From assembly GCA_900554175.1 (NCBI GenBank), contig USGK01000003.1:25790-89789 (forward strand): a stretch of DNA of 64,000 bases, in the 5' to 3' direction. The stretch is from an uncultured Clostridium sp. Lineage in GTDB: Bacteria > Bacillota > Clostridia > TANB77 > CAG-508. This document shows, one piece after another, positions 1 through 9,227 of this stretch. The position numbers and the translations under genes were made by a program. Below the pieces are notes generated by a model. That model worked only from the letters and a program-made list of their open reading frames with translations, was not told the origin of the DNA and ran no database searches. Position 1 is the stretch's first letter. Each line of letters begins with the position of its first letter.

Positions 1-772
1 AATACTGTTTTGCCGGAGATTTATTAAACCAATGTATTTCTTCTAGTTTTGGTCTTAGAGAATTAAATATTCCGTTTTTCGGAATTTTCGGTGCATGTTC
101 TACTTTTGTTGAAGGATTATCTTTAGCATCTGTTTTTATTGACGGAGGAATAAATAAAACATTGTGTACTGCCTCAAGTCACTTTTGTAGTTCTGAAAGG
201 CAATTTAGATTTCCTCTAGAATTAGGAAATCAAAGACCTCCAACAGCTCAATGGACAGTCACAGCTTGCCGGAGCAGCCATTCTTTCTAGAGATGGTCAA
301 GGACCATTTATTACACACATTACTACTGGAAAGATTGTTGACATGGGTATAAAAGATGCAAATAATATGGGGGCAGCAATGGCTCCTGCTGCATTTGATA
401 CAATTATGACTCATTTTAAAGATACTGGAAGAAATCCATCATATTATGATGCAATTTTAACAGGAGATTTAGGTTATATTGGAAAAGATATTGTTATTGA
501 TTTATTTGCTAAAAATGGTTACAACATAAAGTCTGTTTATAATGATTGTGGCGTTTTAATTTTTGATAAAGAAAATCAAGATACTCATTCAGGAGGTAGT
601 GGTTGCCGGTTGTTGTGCAAGTGTCTTTTCTGGATTCTTATTTAACCAATTAAAAACAAAGAAAATAAAAAGACTTCTACTTGTCGCCACAGGTGCTCTT
701 ATGAATTCAATGAGTTCTCAACAAGGTGAATCTATTCCCGGGATTGCTCATGCTATTAGTATCGAATTATAA
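1..772 (+). pseudogene. spoVAD: Stage V sporulation protein AD (SpoVAD), 5'-partial at window edge and apparently disrupted by two frameshifts. Three frame segments: ~3-290, ~262-645, ~596-772.
   Basis: Frame-3 translation from nt 3 reads YCFAGDLLNQ...GACSTFVEGL...TSSHFCSSERQFRFPLELGNQRPPTAQWTVT, typical of SpoVAD. It continues in frame 1 (AGAAILSRDGQGPFITH...DTHSGGSG), then in frame 2 (AGCCASVFSGFLFNQL...). Each switch needs removal of one T in a TTGCCGG context, near 266 and near 606. spoVAEB lies downstream. Confidence 0.65.
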
Positions 773-860
773 CTTATATTTTTTACTTTTATTTTAATTT
801 TATATTTAGAAAGGAGTGTATGATTATTTAAACTTTTAAATATATCATACAAGATTTTAA

Positions 861-1247
861 ATGGATTTTATTTCTACAATTGATTGGATGGGCTTGCTTA
901 AATGTTTTATAGTTAGTGGGTTAATATGTGTTATTGGTCAAATTTTAATTGATAAAACTAAACTTACTCCTGCAAGAATTTTAGTTTTATTTGTAACATT
1001 GGGAACAATTTTAGGCGGTCTTGGAATCTACAAATATTTAGTTAATTTTGCAGGAGCTGGAGCCACTGTTCCACTTACAGGTTTTGGCTACAATCTAGCT
1101 AAAGGAACTATTAAAGCTATTCAAGAAGATGGAGCTATTGGAATTTTTACTGGTGGAATAAAAGCCTCTGCTGGTGGAATAGCAGCTGCTGTATTCTTTG
1201 GATATATTGCTTCTTTAGTTTCAAAGCCAAAAATGAAAAAGCAATAA
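861..1247 (+). CDS. spoVAEB: Stage V sporulation protein AEB (SpoVAEB)
   Basis: 128 aa. Strong similarity to the SpoVAEB pattern (GLICVIGQ...KLTPA...FAGAGATVP.TGFG). Sits immediately after spoVAD, as in spoVA operons. Confidence 0.85.
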   Translation: MDFISTIDWMGLLKCFIVSGLICVIGQILIDKTKLTPARILVLFVTLGTILGGLGIYKYLVNFAGAGATVPLTGFGYNLAKGTIKAIQEDGAIGIFTGGIKASAGGIAAAVFFGYIASLVSKPKMKKQ

Positions 1248-1262
1248 AAATTCATAAATATA

Positions 1263-1320
1263 AATTAACCCCAGTTTGTTAGATTGAATTTTCTAACAAA
1301 CTGGGGTTAATTTTAAATTT
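1263..1320. terminator. Bidirectional rho-independent terminator between spoVAEB (+) and ftsZ (-)
   Basis: 19-bp perfect stem TTAACCCCAGTTTGTTAGA / TCTAACAAACTGGGGTTAA with a 7-nt loop. A T-run follows on the plus strand and an A/T-rich run flanks it on the minus strand. Confidence 0.85.
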
Positions 1321-1329
1321 ATATGTTTA

Positions 1330-2454
1330 TTATTTATTTTTATTTTTTCTTAAAAATGATGGAATATCTAAATCATTTTGTGATGAAGACAAATCAGAAC
1401 TTGATGGTATTGAATTTATTTTCTTTTCCCATGTTTTATTTACTAAATTGTTAACACCTTTTGATATATTAGTATCTTGATCTTGATCAAATCCTGTAGC
1501 TATAACTGTAATCTTTATTTCATCTGTCATTTCTGGATCAATTACTGTACCGAATATTATATTAGCCTCAGGGTCTACACTACGTTGGATAAGCTCAGCA
1601 GCTGTATTAACTTCTTGTAGTCCTAAATCTTCTCCACCTGTAATATTTATAATTACACCTCTTGCTCCTTCTATTGAAGTTTCAAGCAATGGACTTTGAA
1701 TAGCTTGTTTTGCAGCATCTTCTGCTTTATTTTCACCTGATGCGCTTCCTGTTCCCATATGTGCCATACCTGTATTTAACATTATTGTTTTAACATCTGC
1801 AAAATCCAAATTTACTGTTCCTGTAACTGTAATTAAATCTGATATACCTTGTACGCCTTGTCTTAATACATCATCAGCCATCATAAAAGCTTCTGACATA
1901 GATGTTTTTCTATCTATTATTTGAAGTAATTTGTCATTTGGTATTACTATTAAAGTATCTACTTTTGATTTTAGACTTTCTATTCCACGTTCAGCTTGTG
2001 CTAGTCTTTTCTTTCCTTCAAATGTAAATGGTTTTGTAACAACACCTATTGTTAATATTCCCATTTCTTTAGCTAAACCTGCTACTACTGGTGCAGCACC
2101 TGTTCCAGTTCCTCCACCCATTCCGCATGTTACAAATACCATATCTGCTCCGCGAAGAACTTCTGATAATTCTGTTTTACTTTCTTCTGCTGATTGAGCA
2201 CCAATATCAGGATTAGCTCCTGCTCCTAATCCTCTTGTTATTTTTTCTCCTATTTGAATTTTTGTACTAGCTTTTGATTTTTGTAAAGCTTGTCTATCTG
2301 TGTTTACTGCAATAAAGTCTACTGATTTTATCCCAAGTTCAAGCATTCTGTTTACTGCATTGTTTCCAGCACCTCCTACACCTATTACTTTGATTGTAGC
2401 TGTGCCGTCCATCATAGTTAACCCGTTGTTATTGTTATCTTCATAGTCCATCAT
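1330..2454 (-). CDS. ftsZ: Cell division GTPase FtsZ
   Basis: 374 aa. Tubulin-like GGGTGTG motif ([15 protein letters not shown]; [13 protein letters not shown]). Directly downstream of ftsA. Confidence 0.97.
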   Translation of the reverse strand: MMDYEDNNNNGLTMMDGTATIKVIGVGGAGNNAVNRMLELGIKSVDFIAVNTDRQALQKSKASTKIQIGEKITRGLGAGANPDIGAQSAEESKTELSEVLRGADMVFVTCGMGGGTGTGAAPVVAGLAKEMGILTIGVVTKPFTFEGKKRLAQAERGIESLKSKVDTLIVIPNDKLLQIIDRKTSMSEAFMMADDVLRQGVQGISDLITVTGTVNLDFADVKTIMLNTGMAHMGTGSASGENKAEDAAKQAIQSPLLETSIEGARGVIINITGGEDLGLQEVNTAAELIQRSVDPEANIIFGTVIDPEMTDEIKITVIATGFDQDQDTNISKGVNNLVNKTWEKKINSIPSSSDLSSSQNDLDIPSFLRKNKNK

Positions 2455-2552
2455 AAATGAAATTCCTCCCTCATTAAATTAAGTTATTTTATGTTTTATT
2501 AAATTTAAAATCCTCTCCATATGGCTTTCCCATTTATTATAAAAAGTATTCT

Positions 2553-3782
2553 TTAACTATAAAAGAATTCTTTTACTTTTGATAATGCCATTTTTATAAA
2601 ACTTTCTTTTGAATTTGTATCTATTTTACTAGAAACTGATTTTGTAAATGGTCTAGCTGCAATATACCTGACCAAAGCATAACTTGTTCTAAACTCTGGT
2701 TTTATAGTACTTACTGCTCTTCCTGTTGATATTTTTACTGGTATGTTTAATACTATTTTTCCTGCTACATCACTTTTATTTATACTTGTTATTCCTTGTC
2801 CTGTTAATATTACATTATTAATCTTTGACTTTATTCCCTCATTTGAAATTTCTTTATTAACAAGTGAAAAAATTTCTTCAACTCTTGCTTCTATAATTTC
2901 AATTAGTTCAGAACTTTTTATTGTTTTTGTTTTTGTATCGTCTTTACAAGTATTTAATATAATTTCATTATCATTATCTATAAATGATTTTAAAGCTAAG
3001 CCATACTGTTTTTTTAACTTTTCTGCTTCCTCATGTGAAATATCTAGTACAAGCTCTATATCATGTGTTATATTGTCTCCTCCAAGAGGAACAGTACCTG
3101 TATATACAAATTTTTCTTCCTCAAAAACTCCTATATCGGTATTTCCTGCACCTACATCAAGTAACATTACATTATCTGATAATTCATTTTTATCTAAAAT
3201 TAAATTTCTTTCTGCAAGAGTTGCTGGAATTATTCCGTCTATTTCTAAACCTGCTTTTTTGAAAATACTATTTAATTTTCTTACATATTCCTTTTCTGCT
3301 AAAATAACTTGTGCACCAATTGTAAAACTTGAAGCGAAACTACCCACTGGATCTTTTACAACTTTTCCTGTGTCTAACATAATTTTATCTATTACAATAT
3401 CAATTAATGTTTTATCTTCTGGAACTTCAATATCTTTTAATTGTAACATAGCATTTTGCAAATCTTTTTGGGTTATCCCAGCAAATTTGTCTTTTACTTC
3501 TTTTACAATACTATTTTGAACAATTGTTACATATTTACCTGGAATAGTTACATATGCTGAATTTATTTTAAAACCAGCACGTTCTTCAGCTTCTTGAATA
3601 GTTTTAGAGATACTTAAACTGATATCATCTTCATTTACTATTTTACTCTTTTTTAATCCATTACATTTATACGAGGTACAACATATTATTTCTATCTGTT
3701 CAAAATTATTTACTTCGCCTAGAACAGTACATACTTTAGATGTTCCTATGTCGATACCTGCTATGATATCTCCTATTGCCAA
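2553..3782 (-). CDS. ftsA: Cell division protein FtsA. The ORF-track start at 3842 is a TTG inside the promoter; a likelier start is the TTG at 3782, preceded by GGAGGA.
   Basis: Actin-like ATPase motifs (GIDIGTSKV, DVGAGNTD). Sits upstream of ftsZ. An RBS GGAGGA lies 6 nt upstream of the proposed start. Confidence 0.9.
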   Translation of the reverse strand: MAIGDIIAGIDIGTSKVCTVLGEVNNFEQIEIICCTSYKCNGLKKSKIVNEDDISLSISKTIQEAEERAGFKINSAYVTIPGKYVTIVQNSIVKEVKDKFAGITQKDLQNAMLQLKDIEVPEDKTLIDIVIDKIMLDTGKVVKDPVGSFASSFTIGAQVILAEKEYVRKLNSIFKKAGLEIDGIIPATLAERNLILDKNELSDNVMLLDVGAGNTDIGVFEEEKFVYTGTVPLGGDNITHDIELVLDISHEEAEKLKKQYGLALKSFIDNDNEIILNTCKDDTKTKTIKSSELIEIIEARVEEIFSLVNKEISNEGIKSKINNVILTGQGITSINKSDVAGKIVLNIPVKISTGRAVSTIKPEFRTSYALVRYIAARPFTKSVSSKIDTNSKESFIKMALSKVKEFFYS

Positions 3783-3812
3783 GATAATTCCTCCATTTTT
3801 TATTATATTTAC

Positions 3813-3849
3813 TAGCCTTATATATATTACATTTTTTGACAAATGTCAA
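3813..3849 (-). promoter_or_regulatory. Putative sigma-A promoter of the ftsA-ftsZ operon
   Basis: Minus strand reads TTGACA (plus 3844-3849), a 17-nt spacer, then TATATA (plus 3821-3826). The -35 element is embedded in a perfect 14-bp palindrome TTGACAAATGTCAA (3836-3849). Confidence 0.4.
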
Positions 3850-3855
3850 TAGAAT

Positions 3856-3910
3856 TTGTAATATTTTTGTTATATTTTTGTTACATCTTTGTAATAAGTT
3901 TGTAATATTT
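3856..3910. repeat. Five in-phase 11-bp direct repeats (TTGTAATATTT / TTGTTATATTT / TTGTTACATCT / TTGTAATAAGT / TTGTAATATTT) immediately upstream of the ftsA -35
   Basis: Units begin at 3856, 3867, 3878, 3889 and 3900 with an exact 11-bp period. The first and last units are identical. Confidence 0.7.
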
Positions 3911-3930
3911 TCTTTTTTAATTTTTTGCTG

Positions 3931-4314
3931 TTATTTAGTCTTACATTCTTTATTTTTCTTGCTTTTACTGATTTTTTCTGACCATTTGTCTATGTAGTAC
4001 TTTCTTATTATTGTTAAATTCAAAAACATTCTTCCGACAAATACAACTATTGCTGCTAAATATATATCTACATCTAATTTATTGCCTAAATAAGTAAGTA
4101 GTATTGATAAGATACTATTACAAAAAAATCCAGAAATAAAAACTTTAAAATCAAATTCTCCTTTTAAGACACCTGTAATTCCTCCAAATACAGAATCTAA
4201 TGATGCAATTATAGCTATTGCTAAATAGCTTGAATATGTATAAGAAATTATTGGTGCATTCACTCCAACTATAGCACCTAAAATACATCCTATAATTATT
4301 GCTATAAATACCAT
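3931..4314 (-). CDS. sbp: Small basic protein Sbp (DUF1290-like small membrane protein)
   Basis: About 127 aa, two to three TM helices. Conserved position between ylxX and ftsA, as in Bacillus (divIB-ylxW-ylxX-sbp-ftsA-ftsZ). Start moved to the internal Met (MVFIAIIIG) to avoid a 59-nt overlap with the upstream gene. Confidence 0.6.
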   Translation of the reverse strand: MVFIAIIIGCILGAIVGVNAPIISYTYSSYLAIAIIASLDSVFGGITGVLKGEFDFKVFISGFFCNSILSILLTYLGNKLDVDIYLAAIVVFVGRMFLNLTIIRKYYIDKWSEKISKSKKNKECKTK

Positions 4315-4315
4315 T

Positions 4316-5056
4316 TTATTTAACCTCCTCCATATACTTTGTTTCAAAATTACCGTCAAACTTTGCAATCTCAACTTTATTGGATTTTTCTATTGTTGCT
4401 TTTATTCCTGTTGTACTAAGTTGCTCCGCATAACCATTTTTTCCAAATATGCTACTTTCAAGATAAGAGCTATTTCCAATTGCTTTAATTTGATATTTAT
4501 CTTCTCTTAAATATTTGCTATTTACTTTTATTGCATCTCCTACATCAACAAAATCTGTAGTATTAACTACTCTTTCCCCATTAATAGATATAGCTTCGGC
4601 CCCTGCATCTTTTAAATAATTTACTATGCAGTATAAGTCTTCGGCTTTAATTGGTATAATTTCTTCATCTTCACTAAGCTCGTTTTGTTTTTTTTCTTGT
4701 AAAGTTATTGTAACACCTTCACCCTTAACATCTGTTATACCAAGAGCTAATTTTAATTTTTCAAGTTCTATTTCTAAATTTTCTTTTGTCTTATCGTCTG
4801 TTGAACTTGTTTTTTTATACGAATCAAGAGTTTCCTTTGTTTCATTGTATTTTTCTTTTGTTTCTTCATATTTTGATTTCCAATTTGCAAGTTCTGTTCT
4901 CAAATCTGTTTCTCTCATTGTGTCTAATTCTGTTTTCTCTGTTTCACTTACAACTTTAAATTGCATAAAAATACTCATAGCTAATAAGAAACATACTATT
5001 GCAATAGTTACAGAAACAATTATCTTTCCTTTCTTTATTTTCATATATTTTATCAT
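4316..5056 (-). CDS. DUF881-family division-cluster protein (YlxX-like)
   Basis: 246 aa. N-terminal TM, coiled-coil region and conserved C-terminal domain. Paralogous to the next gene; conserved synteny downstream of divIB. Confidence 0.6.
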   Translation of the reverse strand: MIKYMKIKKGKIIVSVTIAIVCFLLAMSIFMQFKVVSETEKTELDTMRETDLRTELANWKSKYEETKEKYNETKETLDSYKKTSSTDDKTKENLEIELEKLKLALGITDVKGEGVTITLQEKKQNELSEDEEIIPIKAEDLYCIVNYLKDAGAEAISINGERVVNTTDFVDVGDAIKVNSKYLREDKYQIKAIGNSSYLESSIFGKNGYAEQLSTTGIKATIEKSNKVEIAKFDGNFETKYMEEVK

Positions 5057-5066
5057 CCTTTCATAA

Positions 5067-5777
5067 CTACTTTACAGTCTTTGCATATTTAAAATTAAAT
5101 ACTCCTGTATACTTTGGTATTTGAACATTCGAAGATTTATTAAGTTCTACTTGCTTTCCCAACTCTTTAAAACGTTCTAATGTTCCTCCTGCTCTATTTA
5201 ATGTGGTAAGTTGTTCTGGTAACCCTATTGCATAAATCTCTATAGGTGAACTTATTTTTTCACCATTCACTACTATAACATTTCCATCACATGATATAGC
5301 TGTTGTATTCACAACTCTATTTCCATTTATAGAAATTGCCTCTGCCCCTGCATTTTTAAGCTCATTTACAATACTTAAAACATTTAAGTCATGTACTAAT
5401 AAATCATTAGCATTTGTTGTGGCAGAATTTGCTACACCATCTTGAACTTTAATTATAACACCTTTTCCTTTTACATCAGTTGTACCCAGTATATTGTTAT
5501 AATTTTTAATTTCTTCTTCTAATGCTTTTAATTCATTATTATTACTAGCTGCTTTTTCCCTTGTTTTTGCAAGTTCTTTTTCTATTCTTTCTAATTCAGC
5601 ATATTGATTTTCATATTTTTCTTTCATCTTAAGAACTTGAGTTTTAAGTTCACTTTCTTCTTGATTCAAACTTACTGTTGTTCCATTTTGTTTTACTGTT
5701 TTTATTTGAATACAGATAAGTACTGTTAATAAAAAACATAATATTCCTAATGTAATACTTTGCCATTTTTCGCTCAT
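5067..5777 (-). CDS. DUF881-family division-cluster protein (YlxW-like)
   Basis: 236 aa. N-terminal TM, coiled coil, and a C-terminal domain homologous to 4316-5056 (shared motifs LKNAGAEAISINGNRVVNTT / LKDAGAEAISINGERVVNTT). Confidence 0.6.
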   Translation of the reverse strand: MSEKWQSITLGILCFLLTVLICIQIKTVKQNGTTVSLNQEESELKTQVLKMKEKYENQYAELERIEKELAKTREKAASNNNELKALEEEIKNYNNILGTTDVKGKGVIIKVQDGVANSATTNANDLLVHDLNVLSIVNELKNAGAEAISINGNRVVNTTAISCDGNVIVVNGEKISSPIEIYAIGLPEQLTTLNRAGGTLERFKELGKQVELNKSSNVQIPKYTGVFNFKYAKTVK

Positions 5778-5811
5778 TTTGATTCAATCCCTTCCTAATA
5801 TGCTTTATTTT

Positions 5812-7029
5812 TTAATTTTCAATTGTTTCTTCTCTAAAATATGGTTTAAATCCTTCATTTAAATCTCCATTAATAAAAATACTTCCTGGATGTTCTTTTT
5901 CTACCTCCATAATTTTTTCTACATATAGCATTTTATTTGTCAAATTGTTTCCATTTCCTATATATATTTTTTTATTTTGCGATTTTACATATATTATAAA
6001 ATTATTTTCATTTTTAATATTTATACTTACAGTTGAAAGATCCAAATCATTTATTTTTTGAAAAGCTTCCTTTATTTTTAATACTTTTTTTAATTTATTT
6101 ATATCTTCATCATTTAATTTTTTTTCATTTATTAAGGCTTCCTCTGATGTAGAATATCCTTCTATAAACATCACATTGGCTTTTGTTTCTGAATTTTCTA
6201 ATATATTACCAGATTTATCTATATAAATATAACTTGATATTAATTTTATTTGGTATTCAATTTCTCTTTCTGTAATTTTAATTTGTATTGTACCTGGTAG
6301 TATTCTTTTCATTGTTGCCTCTTCAATATAAGAATTTTCCTTTATATTTTTAATTACTTTTTTCTTATTATTTCTGAATAAATTCTGTCCTAAATTAATT
6401 TCAGCTAAATTTATTATGCTTGTTGTTGAAACTCTAGAATTGCCTTCTACATTTATCTGAGTAATATTAAAAATTGGTGTTACTAATGCCATAACGATAA
6501 CTGCAATACATAAAACTAAAAACAGAAAAACTTTGGTTAAAGTTCTTTTCACTTTATTTTTCTTTTCTTTTTTTTGATTGATTTTATTTAGTATATCTAT
6601 ATTTTCGCTATTATAAAAATTATTTTTACCATTCTTTTTGTTATTGGAATTTTTCTTTATATTGTTTTTTTGTTTCTTATTTATTTCTTTTACTCTATTT
6701 TTATTATTAACGGTGTCTTTATTTTTTTTCTTATTTAAATTTTTGTTTTTTCGTTTTCTATTTGATTTTCTATTCTCGTCATCTTCCAAATTTCTTTTAT
6801 TATTTACACCTATTACTATTTCTCTTTCAAAATTAAAACCTTGTGTGTTTGGAACTCTTTTGTATTCTGTTTCCTTTGGTGCTTTAACTTCAATTTTATT
6901 ATGACTTTCTTTTCCATTTATCCTTTTAGTTACGAAAACCTGCTTAGTTTCTTTCTTTTCTTTTACAATCTCATTATCACCAAAATATAATAAATTTTCT
7001 TCTTTTGGCTCTTTCACTTTTATCACCAC
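5812..7029 (-). CDS. divIB: Cell division protein DivIB/FtsQ with an extended K/N-rich N-terminal cytoplasmic region
   Basis: 405 aa. Lys/Asn-rich low-complexity N-terminus, a single TM (VFLFLVLCIAVIVMALV), then a POTRA-like/FtsQ C-terminal domain. Conserved position upstream of ylxW. Confidence 0.75.
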   Translation of the reverse strand: MVIKVKEPKEENLLYFGDNEIVKEKKETKQVFVTKRINGKESHNKIEVKAPKETEYKRVPNTQGFNFEREIVIGVNNKRNLEDDENRKSNRKRKNKNLNKKKNKDTVNNKNRVKEINKKQKNNIKKNSNNKKNGKNNFYNSENIDILNKINQKKEKKNKVKRTLTKVFLFLVLCIAVIVMALVTPIFNITQINVEGNSRVSTTSIINLAEINLGQNLFRNNKKKVIKNIKENSYIEEATMKRILPGTIQIKITEREIEYQIKLISSYIYIDKSGNILENSETKANVMFIEGYSTSEEALINEKKLNDEDINKLKKVLKIKEAFQKINDLDLSTVSINIKNENNFIIYVKSQNKKIYIGNGNNLTNKMLYVEKIMEVEKEHPGSIFINGDLNEGFKPYFREETIEN

Positions 7030-7079
7030 CGTTTTTTTTTATTCATTTATCCGCTTTTATATTTTACTAAAAAATGCAG

Positions 7080-7118
7080 AAAATAGCAAGATTTTCTTGC
7101 TATTTTTCGTAATTTTTT
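7080..7118. terminator. Hairpin terminator downstream of scpB
   Basis: AATAGCAAG-ATTTT-CTTGCTATT stem-loop followed by T-rich sequence on both strands. Confidence 0.55.
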
Positions 7119-7160
7119 GTTACAAAATAAATCTATATTTTTATATTAAATAACTTCGAT

Positions 7161-7742
7161 TTATTCTGAAACAATTTTCTCATTCTCTTCAATTAACTCA
7201 TATATAACAATTTGATGATTTTCATCAACTTTATATCTAGGTAAATCTGGCAAATCCTTTAAAGATGTATAACCAAACATTTTTAGAAATTCTGATGTTG
7301 TTTTGTAAGACATTGGTCTTCCTGGTAAATCAAGTTTTCCAGCTTCTTCTATCAAATCATATTCTAATAATTTGTAAATAGTTGCATCTACATTTACACC
7401 TCTTATAGCTTCTATTTCAGCTCTTGAAATTCGTGGATTGTATGCAATTATCGCAAGTGTCTCTAGTGCTGCATTTGAAAGCTTAGGCTTACTTCTTTTA
7501 TCTATTATTTGATATATATATTCTGCATTTTCTTTTTTACTACACAACTGATATCCATTATCTGCTTTTATTAATTCTATTCCACTAGACAATTTTTCAT
7601 ATCTTTCTTGCATATTTACAATTGCTTTTTCAATTTCATCTTTTGAAAGTTCTAAAGCCAATGTTAATTCATCAATTTTCACTTCTCTACCTGCAGCAAA
7701 TAAAATACTTTCTATTGCTGATTCAATCTTATTTTCGTCCAT
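7161..7742 (-). CDS. scpB: Segregation and condensation protein B (ScpB)
   Basis: 193 aa. Motifs ESILFAAG, LETLAIIAYNPRISRAEIEAIRGV, GRPMSYKTT.EFL..FG. No scpA is adjacent. Confidence 0.9.
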   Translation of the reverse strand: MDENKIESAIESILFAAGREVKIDELTLALELSKDEIEKAIVNMQERYEKLSSGIELIKADNGYQLCSKKENAEYIYQIIDKRSKPKLSNAALETLAIIAYNPRISRAEIEAIRGVNVDATIYKLLEYDLIEEAGKLDLPGRPMSYKTTSEFLKMFGYTSLKDLPDLPRYKVDENHQIVIYELIEENEKIVSE

Positions 7743-7828
7743 AAAATTATTCTATTTTTCCTTGTATATATTTAGGTTTTTTAAGTTTTACCTATAAACT
7801 TTTTGATCAATTATATCCAAATTAATTA

Positions 7829-9196
7829 TTAATTTATAAATTCAGCTATTAAATCATAATTATCCACATTCATAATTTTAGCATTTACAATCTTATCTAA
7901 ATATTTTTCATTTTCAGAATTCTTCTTAATATAAACAATTCCATCAATGTCTGGAACATCATTTTTAGTTCTTCCTATTAAATATTTTCCATCAAATGAT
8001 GTATTTTCAATTAAAACTTCCATTTGTTTTCCTATATTTTTCTTAAGATTTTCTTTTGATATTTTTTGTTGAATTGTCATAATCTTATCAAATCTTGATT
8101 TTTTTGTTTTATAATGAACTTGATTTGGCATATTACTAGCAGGTGTTCCCTCTTCTTTTGAATATTCAAAAACACCCAATTTGTCAAATTTTGTATTTTC
8201 TACAAATTCTAAAAGCTCCTGAAAATTTTCTTTTGTCTCACCTGGGAAACCAACAATTAGACTTGTCCTTAAAATCACATTTGGGATTTCTTTTCTTATC
8301 TTTTCAATAATTTCGATTACATGCTTTTTAGATGTTTTTCTATTCATTCTTTTTAGGATATCATCAGAAATATGTTGAATTGGAATATCAAAGTATTTTG
8401 CTATCTTTTCTTGATTTTTCACTGTAGTTATAAGTTCATCTGTTATCCCTTCCGGATATGCATATAAAAACCTAACCCATTTAATTTTATCAATTTTGCA
8501 AATTTCATTTAACAATTCAGATAACATTGACTTTCCATATAAATCTTCACCATATTTAGTAGTATCTTGTGCTATAATTATTAATTCTTTTATTCCTTCT
8601 GAGGCTAATTTTTTTGCCTCTTTAATTATATCTTCCATCGGTCTTGATACAAATAGACCTCTTATGTATGGTATTGCACAATATGTGCACATGTTGCTAC
8701 AACCTTCTCCAATTTTTAAATAAGCATAATTCTTTCCAGTAGAAATGGTTCTATAAAGATATTCTTGTTCTTTAAACATTGGTAACTTCTTTAATTCATT
8801 TTCTTTATTTTCATCACATGAGATTTTTTCTAAGATTGTTTCTGTATCATTGCTTATTAACCCGTCAATCATCTCAAATAGATGAGGATAATCCTCTATC
8901 TTTAAAAATAAATCTACTTCTGGTAATAACTTAGGCAAATCTTTATAGTACCTTTGAACTAGGCATCCCATTGCTATAAGATATTTGCATCTCTTTTTCT
9001 TATATTCAGCCATTTCTAAAATAGTATTTATTGCTTCTTCTTTTGCTTTATCTATAAAACCGCATGTATTTACAACTATTACATCTGCTTGTTTCGGGTC
9101 GTTTACTATTTTATATTTTTCCTTTAGTTCACCTATTGCTACTTCTGTGTCAATTAAATTTTTTGTGCATCCAAGAGATACAAAACCTATATTCAT
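7829..9196 (-). CDS. rimO: Ribosomal protein S12 methylthiotransferase RimO (radical-SAM MTTase with TRAM domain)
   Basis: N-terminal MTTase domain (IGFVSLGCTKNLIDTE), radical-SAM CxxxCxxC (CSNMCTYC) and a C-terminal TRAM domain. Start placed at the ATG of MNIGFVSLGC; the ORF track extends to the GTG at 9217. Confidence 0.8.
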   Translation of the reverse strand: MNIGFVSLGCTKNLIDTEVAIGELKEKYKIVNDPKQADVIVVNTCGFIDKAKEEAINTILEMAEYKKKRCKYLIAMGCLVQRYYKDLPKLLPEVDLFLKIEDYPHLFEMIDGLISNDTETILEKISCDENKENELKKLPMFKEQEYLYRTISTGKNYAYLKIGEGCSNMCTYCAIPYIRGLFVSRPMEDIIKEAKKLASEGIKELIIIAQDTTKYGEDLYGKSMLSELLNEICKIDKIKWVRFLYAYPEGITDELITTVKNQEKIAKYFDIPIQHISDDILKRMNRKTSKKHVIEIIEKIRKEIPNVILRTSLIVGFPGETKENFQELLEFVENTKFDKLGVFEYSKEEGTPASNMPNQVHYKTKKSRFDKIMTIQQKISKENLKKNIGKQMEVLIENTSFDGKYLIGRTKNDVPDIDGIVYIKKNSENEKYLDKIVNAKIMNVDNYDLIAEFIN

Positions 9197-9227
9197 AATC
9201 AAATTCATTCCTTTCACAAGGCATTTT

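Noticed and set aside
2743-3519. Long plus-strand ORFs (258 aa and 92 aa) inside ftsA, and similar antisense ORFs inside ftsZ, ftsK, mutL, the dlt genes, the Rpn gene and the Tad genes (e.g. 1931-2197, 14285-14646, 20304-21020, 29353-30025, 37720-38172).
   Set aside because: They fully overlap well-supported genes on the other strand. They are low-complexity (S/F/L/I-rich) translations expected from AT-rich antisense sequence, and have no RBS or motifs.
3856-3910. CRISPR array or other long interspersed repeat arrays.
   Set aside because: No 24-40-bp repeats with unique spacers occur anywhere in the window. The only tandem repeats are 11-bp promoter repeats and the 24-bp in-frame coding repeats in the Rpn gene.
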